DNA of 64,000 nucleotides from Botryllus schlosseri (taxonomy: Eukaryota). Where the stretch lies: assembly GCA_051294905.1 (NCBI GenBank), contig CM119372.1, positions 29,080,001 through 29,144,000 on the forward strand. The letters are read 5' to 3'. The position numbers were made by a program, and so were the translations under genes. The notes below the pieces were generated by a model. It worked only from the letters and a program-made list of their open reading frames with translations. It did no database searches and was not told the origin of the DNA. Shown piece by piece: positions 38,974 through 52,312 of this stretch (position 1 is the first letter of the stretch; each line of letters begins with the position of its first letter).

Positions 38974-40055
38974 CTGTAATTCAATGGGGCATTAGAACGG
39001 CATGTTCTGCATGGTTACGTTACATACATCATAAGGATTAGAAAATCAGAGAGCAAGTATTTCCCCATAAATATATAGCCTATGGCAGTGGTTCTCAACC
39101 GGGGGTCCGTGAAGCAGTTTCAGGGGGTCCGCGAGACCTCTAAATTAGTAAAATGATTGATAACCATCTTGTAATTTATAAATTATGAAGCATGAGGCAG
39201 TTTTCCTCCACAAATGCTAAAACCTCATTACTCACATTATCAATATAATCGTCTGACATGAAATATCCAACTGACGTGCAAATTTATTTTAATTGCCAAT
39301 AGCCTAACGATACAGACATATCGCTCTTTCGAGACGTTTTGTTTGGGTTTGTGGAAAAAATAAAAAGATGGATATATGGTAAGATTGATCAAGGTGACTT
39401 CGTTATGTTTGAGAAACCTTTTAGATTTGAAGTTGTCAGTGTCATCAAATTAGTTAATAGTCGTGCAAGAGAACTCAACTTGCTGTATGCATTTCGAATA
39501 TAAACTTGATATTAGTGTCAATGACGTCATAAAGTACGCGACTTCGGAATCTAAAAATTCTTATTTCCTATGATGTCATAATATGCATATGTTCAAATCG
39601 AAAATATTTTTGCGTTACATTCGCTGTAACGCCTGATGAAGGAGCGGCGCTGCGAAAGCTCGTGTGACTAATGCAGTTGCATTCATTCGCAAGTGGACGA
39701 TAAATAGGGTGTGAAAGCTACCAGGTTCTTACGTTTATATATGTCGTCTGCTATCGGCGCATCAAAGCATTCAACATATATAGTGTCATTCTAGGCCAGG
39801 CCTTCAATTCTGTGTATAATTCCGGAGCTGCCGACTTACACCACGCAGCCCACTTTCGTACTATAAGCTTTCGTAAGACACCGCTTATGTTGAATGTATG
39901 AAGGGTTGCGTTGAAAACAAAAATCAATTTAAATGGATTCTGGAGACGACCTCCGTCGGACTGGAAAACACGATAAAATGATGGTGCAGTTGTGAGACAT
40001 TTACGAGATAACACTACAATGTTTATCACCAAGAAAACAACAAAATCATGCATAC

Positions 40056-40107
40056 CTTGAGCGATGTTGGCGCCGAAAAGTAGAACTGCACTCAGTACCA
40101 CTATCAT
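40056..40107 (-). CDS. C-type lectin gene, exon 1 (signal peptide)
   Basis: MIVVLSAVLLFGANIAQ+G then GTATGC donor; phase 1 matches exon 2. Confidence 0.75.
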
Positions 40108-40690
40108 CTTTGCTTGGATTATTTATTCTGTAACGATTAATCCAAATTAAATAATTTTGGGCAGAATGAGAGACGGTCGCTTATTGTTCCAGATTGAACC
40201 ATCGCCTCGCCACAACACTTATAGTAGAAACCTGGGTAAAGTGCGGCCCGCGGGCCAAATGCGGCCGCGGAGCTATTCTGAGCGGCCCGCATGCCCGTTG
40301 CTATGAATTCATAACATAAAACCCACTTTTGAATATTGCTGCGTGGAATAAAACCATAGGCTGTATAAACTGAACTGGAACGGAAATTGGTTAACTTTGA
40401 AGCCTGTTCAGTGTTCATGTGCAATGTACATTAATCCAGATTCAAAATAAAGTCATTGTAGCAAAGTGTGCCATAACAATGAAAGTCACAAGAAGTCACT
40501 CTTTCCACATAGTTTAGTTCAAATATAGATTACTAACCTACGGAGATTAGTTATCTATAGTTCAAACGTTTTATGTTGTCATTGTCACATTATGCATTAC
40601 ACGGTCTGTGCTTCAAATTGTTTCGTCATAGGCTACCGTTTGTTTGTTTTGTTTTATTCACACATACACAGTGGCGCTTATCGCCTATAC

Positions 40691-42663
40691 CAGGGGTCGG
40701 CAACCTTTTGGTAGTCACGGGCCAAATTTCGAGTGTACAACTTTTTCGCGGGCCGGATTTTTTCCTGATACTATATTTTATGCTCACTTCGGTATATTAT
40801 CCTACATTGCTGCAATCTCAATCATACCAATAACAAAACACATTTATTTAAACTTCAACAACGCAGAATAAATTTGACAATTGACGCAGCTTGCTTTGTG
40901 AAAGGTTTTCAACTTCTGGTAACATGTCCGATGAAGCAAGAATCTGACCATATTTTAAATGGGCGTCCGAAATAGTGATCTTAGCTTGCTCTTCGTGAAC
41001 TTCATTGTTGAAAACTATTGTTTACATGCGTACGTGCTACCAAAAATCGATGCAATTTCTTTTGCATTGTTGGTCAAGCTGGGATAAAGATCTATTTCAG
41101 GAATGTACTCTTTGTAAAGTCATGCAGCGATATGCTCTTTGTATGAAATTTGTCATTCAATTCAACTGCATCGCATTTCAAAACGGCTCATTTGAAATTT
41201 TCAGGCAATGGTATTGGCGTCCACATTAAACGGAGTACTGGATAGTCGGAATTTATTTTGTAGTGAAGGAATTTAGGAAAAGCGGGTGAATATTCAGTAA
41301 TTAAATTTCGTATCACAGTTACAAATGTAGTGTTGGTACTAGGCTTTCTCTCGTCCAGTAATAGGAACGTGAGCATAATTTCTTTGTATTGTTGACATTC
41401 CCAGGGTCGCAAATTTGTTTCGAATGCGCATCAATAACTCATGTATTCAGTTGTTTTCCCCCGAAGTTGCAAATTCAACTTGTTCAGATGTGATGTTAAA
41501 TGTACAAGAAAACAATATTAGGTAACCATTTTCGATTACAAGATTATGAGTCGGCGATATTTATATTTTCGAGGAGAGTTGCTATTTCATTTCTCAGTTC
41601 GTACACTCGTGCAAGCATAGCTGCTCGACTTAATGCGCCAACATAGCAGATATACAGTACATCGCCATATTAATTCTCTGCTTCTAATATTATCTGGCGT
41701 AAATGTTGGTGATACAGCTTCTGAGACCAAATCATATAAACAGTTTTCTTCATTGTGGCCAAAACACTATTCAGGTTTGTTGTCTTGGCGCACAATGCCT
41801 TCTGGTGAATTTAACTATAAATAACTAACCTACGGAGGCTAGTTATCTATAATTAAACAGTGTAAGTTTGAGATATTGTCATTGCGTCAGAGATGTTCCA
41901 AGCGTTTTTGGCGGGGGGCATAGCGTATAGTGGTGACGATAAGCGCCTACAAACCTGGCGGCCCGGCTCGATTCCCGTCGGAGGTTTATCTGGGCTCCTC
42001 TTCCCCCGCCGTCACCGTTCTTACGGCGACAAAAAAAGCCCAGAAAAAGACCCGAGAGAAGAAAGAAAGCACTCACTAGGAATGAAAAGAACTGGTAGAA
42101 AGGGCAGCGGCTTCAAAAAGATCAACCTCGAAAAGAACTGTGACATCGGGCAATCTAGGCCGAGGTGGATGTTAGAATGATAGGATCGCAACTGCGTGTC
42201 GTTCGACATCCTCCTATATCTGTTCATGACATCGCATTGTGTCTTATCGCATTGCACATTGTGTATGACTTATTCAGATGAAAAATATAACTTCACGATT
42301 GATTGATTGATTGATTCCAGCAAGCAGAGGAAGGACATCTTTATTGTCACACCCCATCAGAGTGGTAAACCCTTTAAAAAGTATGGTACACCTTTGGTTG
42401 CGAGATACACCCGATTGATAAGTAGCCTACTGATGTAGTCTATCTGTACAGACAATCTCCATCTCCTACTTCAACCACCTTCGTTTTATGGCGTAACAAT
42501 GGACTAATATCATGTACGATAGCAATGCCGCATTTTTTCCAAGCAGTGCTACACTGCAGATTGAAACTCATTATGAAACCGCGGGCCGTATTCTTGTGGT
42601 AACTAATTATGATGTCGCGGGCCGGACGATTTCGCTTGGCGGGCCGTAGGTTGTCGACCCTTG
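40691..42663 (-). mobile_element. Internally deleted hAT (Charlie/GTF2IRD2-like) transposon with a transposase remnant at ~40880-41700
   Basis: TIRs CAGGGGTCGGCAACC/GGTTGTCGACCCTTG; TSD GCCTATAC/GCCTCGAC. Minus-strand peptides LSRAAMLARVYELRNEI, HLNKLNLQLRGK and SIFGSTYACK..FSTMKFTKSKL (hAT dimerisation region). Confidence 0.85.
41910..42316 (+). mobile_element. tRNA-derived SINE (family C), nested in the hAT remnant
   Basis: A-box-like TAGCGTATAGTGG, B-box-like GGCTCGATTCC, central motif shared with the other SINEs, (GATT)n at the probable 3' end. The 3' boundary is uncertain. Confidence 0.55.
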
Positions 42664-42711
42664 GCCTCGACGGTCATTTGCGCCACGACATTAATTTCAG
42701 TAATTTCAGTA

Positions 42712-42962
42712 AATTCTTTGTAATGTTTCGGACGACTTCCATTTTCGCTCGTTTTTCATGCGCCCATATCTTGTACTTTGCTGCCAACTTTTGGCTCGGC
42801 TCACCTTCACTCTGGGCTTTGGAAAAACTGCTACTGTAGTGAGGTCAGCGATGAGGCGCCCAGAGAAACCTCCGACACATAGCAGTTGGTCTGAACCGGG
42901 ATTCGAACCACTGCCATTGGTGTCGCGACGCTGGCGCTTAACCAACTGCGTCATAGGCTACG
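42712..42962 (-). mobile_element. tRNA-derived SINE (family B)
   Basis: TGACGCAGTTGGTTAAGCGC A-box region and GGTTCGAATCCC B-box, followed by a non-tRNA body. Confidence 0.75.
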
Positions 42963-43800
42963 TTTCCAAATATCTATTCCGTAAAACGATTCAATCAATG
43001 CTCGTTTTTACTATGAGACATCATCCTCCATAAAAGATGAACATACATGTCGAAAAAAGCCGAAAGCTGAAATTCAAAGACGGTATGAAGCACTAAACTC
43101 TGGGGGGTTGGGGGTGCGGCACTAAACACACCAATTGGAAGGGGCTCGCGCTCAAAGGGTGGTCAAAATTATTTCGTAAATTAACATAAATTAGATTGTT
43201 TTTCAGATATTTACAAATTTTTATTCACATTTTCTTTATGGTGGCTAGATGTCTTCAAATTTATCAGGGTACTCCCCCCCCTCATCAGCATTTCGGCGTC
43301 GACCGTTACCGCATTACGACTCACCAAGACGTTTACAATGACATTTCAGCGACTCAGTGAAGTGTGCTGCCACAAATCTCGGTGGCGAGGAAGCCGTGGC
43401 CAAAAGTACCGCCATATGTTGGCCAAAACCGATATATATATATTATATACGCCGATTTCACCAAGCCGCAACTGTTCGGAAGGCAGCGATCAAGACAATA
43501 AGCTACGCAGTATCCCAAATACATTTTGATGCCTCAATATAAATATGTGGCTTAAAGAGGATTCAAAATGTATCATGTTTAACATTGTTTCGAATTATGA
43601 CGGAAAATAAATAGATTATTGTGTTTTGTTGATTAACCGTCATTTTCATATTATCTAATAGCAACGCATCTACCGAGCAGCATTTATTACCAATGTAATT
43701 CACTGCTTTCAATTTAGAAATAAAATTAATACGCTGGATAATATACCTAATCATTTCGACTAGGCCCGCCAACGTATTTTCTGTTACTCATTTGGCGCGC

Positions 43801-46800
43801 AGTCGCTTTAGTCAGTCGCCGAGTGCAGACGTGTATTTCTCGCTCCGCTAGCTGATTGCTTTGTAATGATTACGTACAGCTCGGACGTGCTGCGCAGTAT
43901 AGGCAGTAAACAGAGTAGACCAAGTCGCAAAGTGCGACGAAGACTTTACTACCTTAAGTTACTGCGTACTCGCCGAGTGGGACAATATCATCAGAAAGAC
44001 TGGGATCTGTCGGGTGGCGCCGGGGACCCGAAGCCTCAACCAAGATCCCTGAGGATTAGCCTAAATGCAGAAGTTAAACTTGGAACTCTGAACACGAGAA
44101 CTTTGAACTCTGTATGGCGCCAGTAAGAAGCTACCGCACTTGTGACAGACCTCAAACTTGATGCGTTGGCAATCCAAGAACATCGTCAGCACTTCACTGA
44201 ACCATTCCGTGAAAAAGACCTAGGCGCAGGCATCATCATGATCCAATCACCTGCCAACCAAGGCGGAGTTGGAGGCGTCGGTCTAATCTTGTCCAAGCGT
44301 TTCCACGCCGAGGCAAAGATTTGCGTTGTAAGCAGCCGGATTATCACAGCAAGCATTCAACTCCGTCGCCGCAAACTGCACTTAGTGTGTGCGTATGGAC
44401 CAACATCTCCGAACACCACTGCCTTCCCAGCTGATACGCTCGCCTTCTACGACCAACTAGAAGGCATTCTATCAACCTACCTGCAGCGCGACATAACCAT
44501 GCTGCTTGGGGACATGAATGCCACGTTGGCCGAGCGCTCGCAGCGAGTTCGCTTCCCAGTTGGCCATGAGAACAGCAACTCGGAGCATTTTACCAATCTA
44601 CTCGACCGCTGCGACCTCATTCCTCTCAATGCCAACTTCTCTATGAAGCCGAAGCGTAGGACGACATTTGACGGTATGCGCCAACGCGACACACGGCTGG
44701 ATTATATTTGCTGCAATGCTCCCGCACGGCGCCATTTCACGAACTGCCGAACGGTGCGCATGCTAACGGTCAGGAGTGACCATCGCATGGTGCTGGCCAC
44801 GCTTCGTAAACGCCTCCCGTTCGTCCCGAAGCGCACACCGAAAGAGCCCCTACCAAATTGGTTCGATCTTAAGGACGCAAATAAGATGAATGTCTTTACC
44901 ACGCACACACTCCACGCCCTCGAGATCCAAAATACTCTACCGACCGACTTTGCGCCACTTGTAGCAGCAGTCAAGGATGCCGCCCGTGAAACGCTCGGTG
45001 AGGCCCGTAGCAAGCCACGGCCAAGATTAGCCTGGGAATCCGACCCGACAGTGCTCAGTGCGCGCCGCAACCTCAAGACTCTCAGACGTGCTGCGTACAC
45101 CTCTGGAACACTGGACGCACATAGCGATGCCAACGAGGCAGCTCTGTACTTAACAAACGTTTACGACGCATTTCGCAAGGAACGAGTCGAAGCTATTGCC
45201 CTTTCCTTGGAAAATGAGTTGGAAGCAGGCCGATCAAGAGCAGCCTGGAAAGCCATCGGTGAAGTAGTTGGCTTCAAGAGGACCCGCGTGAAGGCCTGTA
45301 CGGAAGACCTCGCAGCACACTTCGAGACCTTGTTATCTACACCTGCACCGGACATCGATGTGCTCGTTGCACCGCCTTCACTAGCAGCAAATCCTCTAGC
45401 GATCAATACAACCCTGATCACGTTAGGTGAGCTCAAGACAGCCATGCGTGGAGTACCACAATTCAAGGCCACCGGCACGGACGGCATCCCAACGGCTGCT
45501 TACACCTCTGGCGTTGCACCTGTGCTCCTCGACGTCAAGAATGGCGTCCTCGAAGGCGGCCCGGTGCCCCCCGAGTGGCTCGAGAGCGAAATCGTCCCTA
45601 TCTACAAGAAAGGCGCTGCGAGTGACCCGGCGAACTACAGAGGCATCTCCCTGATACAGACCGCTGCCAAGCTGTTCGACCGAGTACTGCTCGTTCGCAT
45701 ACGTGAGCAACTCTCTATCAAGCTCCTGAATGCTCAGAATGGATTTCGACCATCTCGCGGTACAACACAGCACATCCTGGCACTGCGCACAATCATTGAC
45801 ACCTGCCGCTCACACAAAAAGAATGTTGTGGCCGTCTTCGTTGATTTCGCGAAAGCCTTCCGACTCGGTCTCGCGCCCAGCCATGGCGGAGATTCTCAGA
45901 TTCTATGGAATTCCTGAGGTGATAACGTACGCCATTATGGCCCTCTACACTGACACACGAGCGCGAGTCCGAACAGATGACGGCCCAAGCGGAGATTTCA
46001 ACACTTCGGCTGATGTGCTTCAAGGTGACACCCTGGCACCATTCTTGTTCGTGGCCATCCTTGACTTCGTGCTACGAACGGCCTTCCCGGATACTATGAA
46101 GTATGAACTTCTTTGAATGGCGGCCACGGCAAGGAACACGCACGCGTACGACTCGCGAGGCAATCCACGTAGGTATTCTTGCCTACGCAGACGACCTAGC
46201 CCTGCTTGCCCCGAACACCGCATCGGCACAGCGTCTCATTAACCAGCTATAGGCCGCCGCCGCTCTTGTTGGCCTCCAGATCAACGCTAAGACGACTGAG
46301 GTTCTGGCCATACCAGCTCTACCGGAGAACGCGACACCAATTCAACTGGGAGATATCGATCTCAAGTATGTAACGAGTTTTGTATACCTCAGCATTGACG
46401 TCGCCGACTCTGGAAAAGCGCTCAAGGCGAGGCGAGCAAAGGGCTGGGGCGCGGCAAGACGGCTACAAAGCCTCTTCCATTCAAGTGCCTCAACCCAGCT
46501 CAAGACACGCATCTTCCGTGCCACTGTCGAGCAGGTTCTTCTCTACGGAATAGAAGCACTCACGCTGACAGAAAAGCTGGCTAAGACACTCAACGCCAAC
46601 TACGATGCACTCCTCCGCTACGCACTCGGCATCCACCACCCGGAGCACATATCCACCAATGCTCTGCGCAAACTCACAAAAACAGTCCCATGCCGTTTGC
46701 TGGCTGCCGAACGACGCTTACGCTTAATCGGTCATCTAGTGCGGCATCAAGACGATCAACCAGCCGCCGCCATCATCAACCACATTCCGACGGAACCATG

Positions 46801-46998
46801 GCGCAGAGGTGGCTGGAATAGAACCACATGGCGCTCAACAATAGAGACCGAGCTAGCGCAACGCGGACTATCGCTCGAAGACGCCCACGACCGCCCACGC
46901 TGGAGGCTCTTAATAAGGGCCCAAAACTGATTATCTTGATGTTCATTTGTTTTCTGTTTTCTTTTGCCCTTTTATTTAATTGAAAGCCGATATATATA
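43801..46998 (+). mobile_element. Full-length but inactivated RTE-clade non-LTR retrotransposon
   Basis: 9-bp TSD TTGGCGCGC (43792-43800, 46999-47007), (TA)n tail, a single APE-RT coding region. Confidence 0.9.
43866..46930 (+). pseudogene. RTE ORF: endonuclease plus reverse transcriptase with stops and frameshifts
   Basis: GTLNTRTL, AIQEHR, GGVGLIL, CAYGPT, GDMNA, LDYI, SDHRMV; NYRGISL, QNGFR, FVDFAKAF(DSV), QGDTLAPFLF, YADDL. Confidence 0.92.
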
Positions 46999-48965
46999 TT
47001 GGCGCGCGGAGAAAAATAATTGCCTACCCTTGCTTAGGTCACAGCTAACAGTCTGGCTACACATTAGTGCGAGGCTATTGCTTTACTTGCCTTTATGCGA
47101 CTTGACTGCTGGCGGACTAGTAAAGTCTCTGGAACAACACCATATTGATTATTTTCAAAAAATTGAAAAACTAGAATGGTGGTTCGAAATAATGTAAAAA
47201 CTGAAAAAAAAGCTATTTTTTCAACTTTGGTAGCGAAGGGAGTTTCCGTGATCACGGTAGCCAGAGATGTTAGAGTATAAACACGGAGGCACAGCAGTTG
47301 TACAGCGATATCGTTACTCAAGATGCTAGAGTCGATGACGAATTGTTTCGGTTGAAACGTTGTGGAGAAGCTCAGCATGCTCACCGTTTAATTCAAATGC
47401 TGATTTTGATGATGTGATGTTACTTCACTTCATAAACGCATTATTTTTGTTCTTGGCCAAGTCTTAAGTGAGCCATAGTCCGACTTACTATTTGGAATCA
47501 TGCCGTGTGGCAATACGGATGCTGACATTATTAATTGATTCATTGTCTGTCTCGAAACCCCGATATCTCTGACTGTAGTCATCACATAACCTACCTTCTC
47601 TAACAAGGTCTAGATATGAAGTTTTTCTTTCATTTTCGCCTTTATTTCGAACCATTCTAATTTTTAATTGGATTCTGAAAATAGTCAAAATTTTGTGAAA
47701 ATTAGCTATATTATGCGATATAAGACACCTTACTATTCAGGAAGCTCTAGTGCAGCAGTAAGTACGCAGAGTATTTTGTTTTAAGTAAAGTGTAGCCAGG
47801 CAGTAGCTTAAAATCTATACTATAAGGGTAGTGGTGACCCGATGCTTTTGTCGCGAAAAAAAGGTTACGAACTTATGCAGATTTTAGATGTAAGGATCTT
47901 TGCCAACTGAATGTAAAGATTATTTTGCCTGCACTGTATAGTATTTTCAGATTTAATTATTGTTTTGGATTTGAGCTCCAAATCTGCACGAAAATATAGT
48001 TTATTTTTCTACGGACAGGAGAGATAGCTATGAGGGTCCAGCCTTTAATGCAGGAGCTGGCAACTTTTCCGGTCAGCGAGCCTGATATGGGAAAATGAAG
48101 TACTTTGCGGGCCGGATTACAAAATCGATACCTTAAAGGCGCATTTATCCACCTATACAAAGAATAAATCGTATTTAGTGTGAACTTTAAGTTTAAATCA
48201 CAGATACTAAAAACAGCATTTAATAAATTTATCAAACTACGATGTACTGCAATAGCTGTTGAAGTCAATCGGACATGTGCGTTCGATACACGTTGTTGAC
48301 AATTTCTACCAACTCTGACTACATGTCGTACGTAGAAACTCTTTGTAAAGACTGCACATGAACATCAGTTATATTAGAACGAAGGCTTGTCGTGATAGTG
48401 TTCGTGCTCGAAAATGTTTGCAGAGCCGGTCAGATAGTTTCATGACCATCTTTCTCCGGTTTGCAAACTTAAATTCATTCTGTCACGGAGTGACGCACAA
48501 AATTTGTCAATACTTTCAGATGAGAATGTCACTTTCATGGTAGGAGCTATCTGCGGGCCGACCTAAATCCAGACGCGGGCCGTATGTTGCCCTTGCTCTA
48601 ATGAGTCTAATCAATCGTCTTTCGACTGACACATTCGCAGAGTTTGACAGAAGCCCAATCATATTGCAATAGTGACAATAGGTTTCATAATCTTATCAGA
48701 CAAAATAGATATTACACATCAAGCGGCTACAACAATTTTATTTCAAGAATGATCTTTACTACGCTGTTAAATAATATAAAAGTTCTCGTATTTCCAACAA
48801 CTCTAACTCGGTACCTCCCAATCGATAAGACGGTTGGTTGCTAACGTCGATATCTGAGTTTATATATATAGAAGCTCGGTTATTTGTAGAGACTATCATC
48901 ACATTCACTATTCTTTGCTTTGTCGCAAGTGGAAATTCACACTATGCCATATGGTTGTTCTCGTA

Positions 48966-51297
48966 AGTAGTTATTATGATCGGTCTGGGTGTGCCATTGT
49001 GGCTTATGGGGGTGGTGGTGATGTGCCTGAAAACCCGTGGTGGTCATGGTACCCTTTTAGACCACCCATGTGGTGGTGATGTGCCATGTGTTCCTATGGG
49101 CGCGGCGATGATGGTACCTTCTCAGGTATACGCTGCGGTGATGATGTGCCGTGAAAACTCGTGGCGGTGAGTCGTACTTTCAGGTATAGGCTGCGGTGAT
49201 GATGTGCCTGTGCGTTGATGATGGTACCCTTTCAGATATACGTTGTGGTGATGATGTGCCCACGAATTCTTGTGTCGTAGTGAACTAATGTTGTGGGTAT
49301 AGGCTGCGGCGGCATGGTGTTGAATATGTATCAGGTATGGTAAATAGTCATGTGATTGATCGTTACTTAATGTGTATATTCCAAATTATTATATATGACT
49401 GATTCGAGGTAATCCTAACGTTTACGGTGAGTGTAACCCCAATATATCTTTATTCTTATGGGCGCGGCGGTGATTCGTACTTTCGGGTATAGACTGCGGG
49501 CGGCATGTCGTACTTTCAGCAAAAAGGGTGTGAAATAGCTTGCTAAATCTAGGAATCACTTGCAAGGTAATATTTTGATAATTAGTTTACCACAGAGCCG
49601 GCGTAGACGGTGATTCGAATACCAACAATAGCCGCGTTCACATACTAACACTTCAAAAAGGTGTGAAATAGGTTGCAAATCCCGCGATCGCTGACAAGAT
49701 GACACTTCAGACATAGCGATCACTCGTGACTTACTGTTACATACATACCGATCGCTCACAATGTAATATTTTGGTAATCAGTATGTCACAGAACTGGATT
49801 TCACTGGTAAGATTTAATAAGTAACGAATAACAGAAGCGTCGCAGACGGTGATTCGAATACCGACAAATTCTCACTTATTTCTGATCCAACCCTAATCCA
49901 TTGCGAAGTTGACGCTTATTCAAAAAGGTGTGAAATAATTGTAAAACCCTACGTCGCTGACGGGATAATGCATCAGACATAGAAATCCAGTTAAAGCACG
50001 GTGTCGGAATCCATTCGCGAGATGTTCTATAGGTAATATGAGATAATCCGAAACGAAATATTTTGACTTTGGCGTAGTGTGAATTGAAATAGGATTGACA
50101 AACATGACTATACCAACTTTCCCTCAGTACCATTTCGATATTATACGCACATTGATTTGAAACAACTAATGAAACATTACAATTCTATTCGCGATCCGGC
50201 TTTCCGTTTGTCAAAGAGACATTTTAACATCTTGCCATACTCAAAAGAATTATTCACAACATTAACAAGTGTTAAAAATCTAGTTTTCCCTTACTTGATT
50301 ATATCACTACAACTCGCAAACTTGAATTAATTCATCCTGATTGTATTCATATGACCGATAATTTTTATTCGACTGTAAAAGTCGTTACTAATCTATAACA
50401 CAAAGTGATTACTACTCGGTGCATACGACGAGATTTGAATACTCAGTCTATGATAGCAATTCGCGCAAGTGAATCCAAGACATCGGGATGTGAGAAAATC
50501 TTCACGGGCGTTGTTATTACCACATTGATTTACTACCTCATCCGACTTACTCAAAGTTAAGTAGACACGATTTCAGTAATATACACAATCATTACAACTG
50601 CAAACTATATTAATCAATCTCGGTCGTATTCACATATCACAGACCTGTGTTTTTTTATTCCTTCAGTAAAATTTAGTCGTATTAATTTGATGATAACGTG
50701 CACACGCAAGAAACATTATCGCGATTTTATAATTGATCACCCGACTTAAGGTACCAAAAACATTACCGAGATTTTATAAACTGGCCATATTACTCAACAC
50801 ATCTATCATTATCAGAACGCAAGTCCAATACCAAAACAAAAGTACTTTTTAGTTTATTGAAAAACAAATCATTCGTCTTCAACTCGTGTTTTTAATATTT
50901 GTATTCAGAAATTCATTACGAACGAGTTGTAACGAACTTACGAAAGAGTTGTAAAGCAAGCATTTTGGAAACAGCATCATCATCATCTCGATTCGTGAAT
51001 CTACCAAACACAATCACGATCGATGTATTCAAATATATCACAGACGTATTAGACTCTAGTAGAGTTGTCAACCTAAAAGTACACGCACACTCGATTCTCA
51101 TTTTATCTGCGGGAGCGAAGTTTAGGAATCGCTTGCAATGGCATATCCAACAAGCCACACAAACCTATTGTCGGAATCTGCGACATCGAATTGAAACATT
51201 CGCACATTACACAGTATGATTGCATCGTGCAGATATTTATTGAAGTGCCATAGATTGACTGATTCCAACTGTAAACATATGTAAGTCGAGAACCCTA
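48966..51297 (+). mobile_element. Truncated third member of the Polinton-like palindrome family (one arm end only)
   Basis: Starts AGTAGT after CTCGTA; GC-rich subterminal repeats. 49320-49435 and 49850-50420 match the reverse complement of element 1 (~12010-12120, ~11050-11530); 49590-49850 resembles element 2 (17565-17810). No matching right end is seen. Confidence 0.75.
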
Positions 51298-51809
51298 CAC
51301 TCTAAATTTCATTGGCGTTTATGAGACGGAAAACAAAACGCCAAAAGTGAGTCGATTTTTACCGCCTGATTGCGTTTCGTATTGCGTGTTACGCTTTTTT
51401 GCGTTTTAGATAACGCTGTCGTGTTTAATATTGCCACAGAGCTCGAAATGAAAACAACTAGCCCAGACGTGTTCAACAATGACGCAGAACTTGAAATGAA
51501 AACGAATTTTATTGCAAAAAGCACCATATCACCATATCACCATTTGAAACACTGGTGCAACGTGTAATGACATTACAAATGGTACGCGGACATATGATGA
51601 ACAAGCAATATAATAGGATACGACACTTGAGCATGAGGGAGTCAAACACTTGATCATGTAGGTTAAAGCTTGTGTTTGGTAGTTATAGATTTAAGATAAT
51701 TTTCTAATCATAAAGACACCTGCTCAATTGCTGCTTGCTAGGCTGCCATTCTACAATGCATCGTATGCTCGAATGTCAGGCAACATTGCCATTATTACAA
51801 ACCCTACAG

Positions 51810-52312
51810 ATAGAGTGGGACAACTAGATAATTTTCAACTTTTTGGGATTAGTTTCAATTTATGCATACACAGCTTTTTTCAATATTAGACAACAATTAA
51901 AATTAGAACTATTTTTTAGAATAATAGCTAGTATTTCCGAATAGGACTAGAATTACAATTATATCTACTTCTGTTTTTCCAAATGTTAGATTTGAATTAG
52001 CATGATTTATAAAGAGTTTTATTTCTTCAAATTAGATTATAATTATAATTACTTAATTAGTGTAAAAGTTTGAAACTCAGTCAAGATCAGTACACATCAA
52101 GTCAGATTTTATTCTCATAAGCATTAGAATGGAATTTCTCAGAAAGCTGGTTTCGAACTATACAGTTGTTCCGGTAAACCAGGAATTAGTTTAAATATAA
52201 TTATAATTAGAGCTGAGAAACATTTCCAAAATTGGATTAGAATTGAAATTGGAGCAGAGAAAGATTTCACTGTTTAGTATAATTTCTAGAATTATCTAGT
52301 TGTCCAAGTCTG
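51810..52312. mobile_element. MITE with AATTAG-type internal repeats
   Basis: Inverted ends GGACAACTAGATAATT/AATTATCTAGTTGTCC; no clear TSD. Confidence 0.6.

Noticed and set aside
44477..46524. Antisense ORFs of 60-143 aa within the RTE element
   Set aside because: Shadow ORFs of GC-rich coding sequence on the opposite strand.
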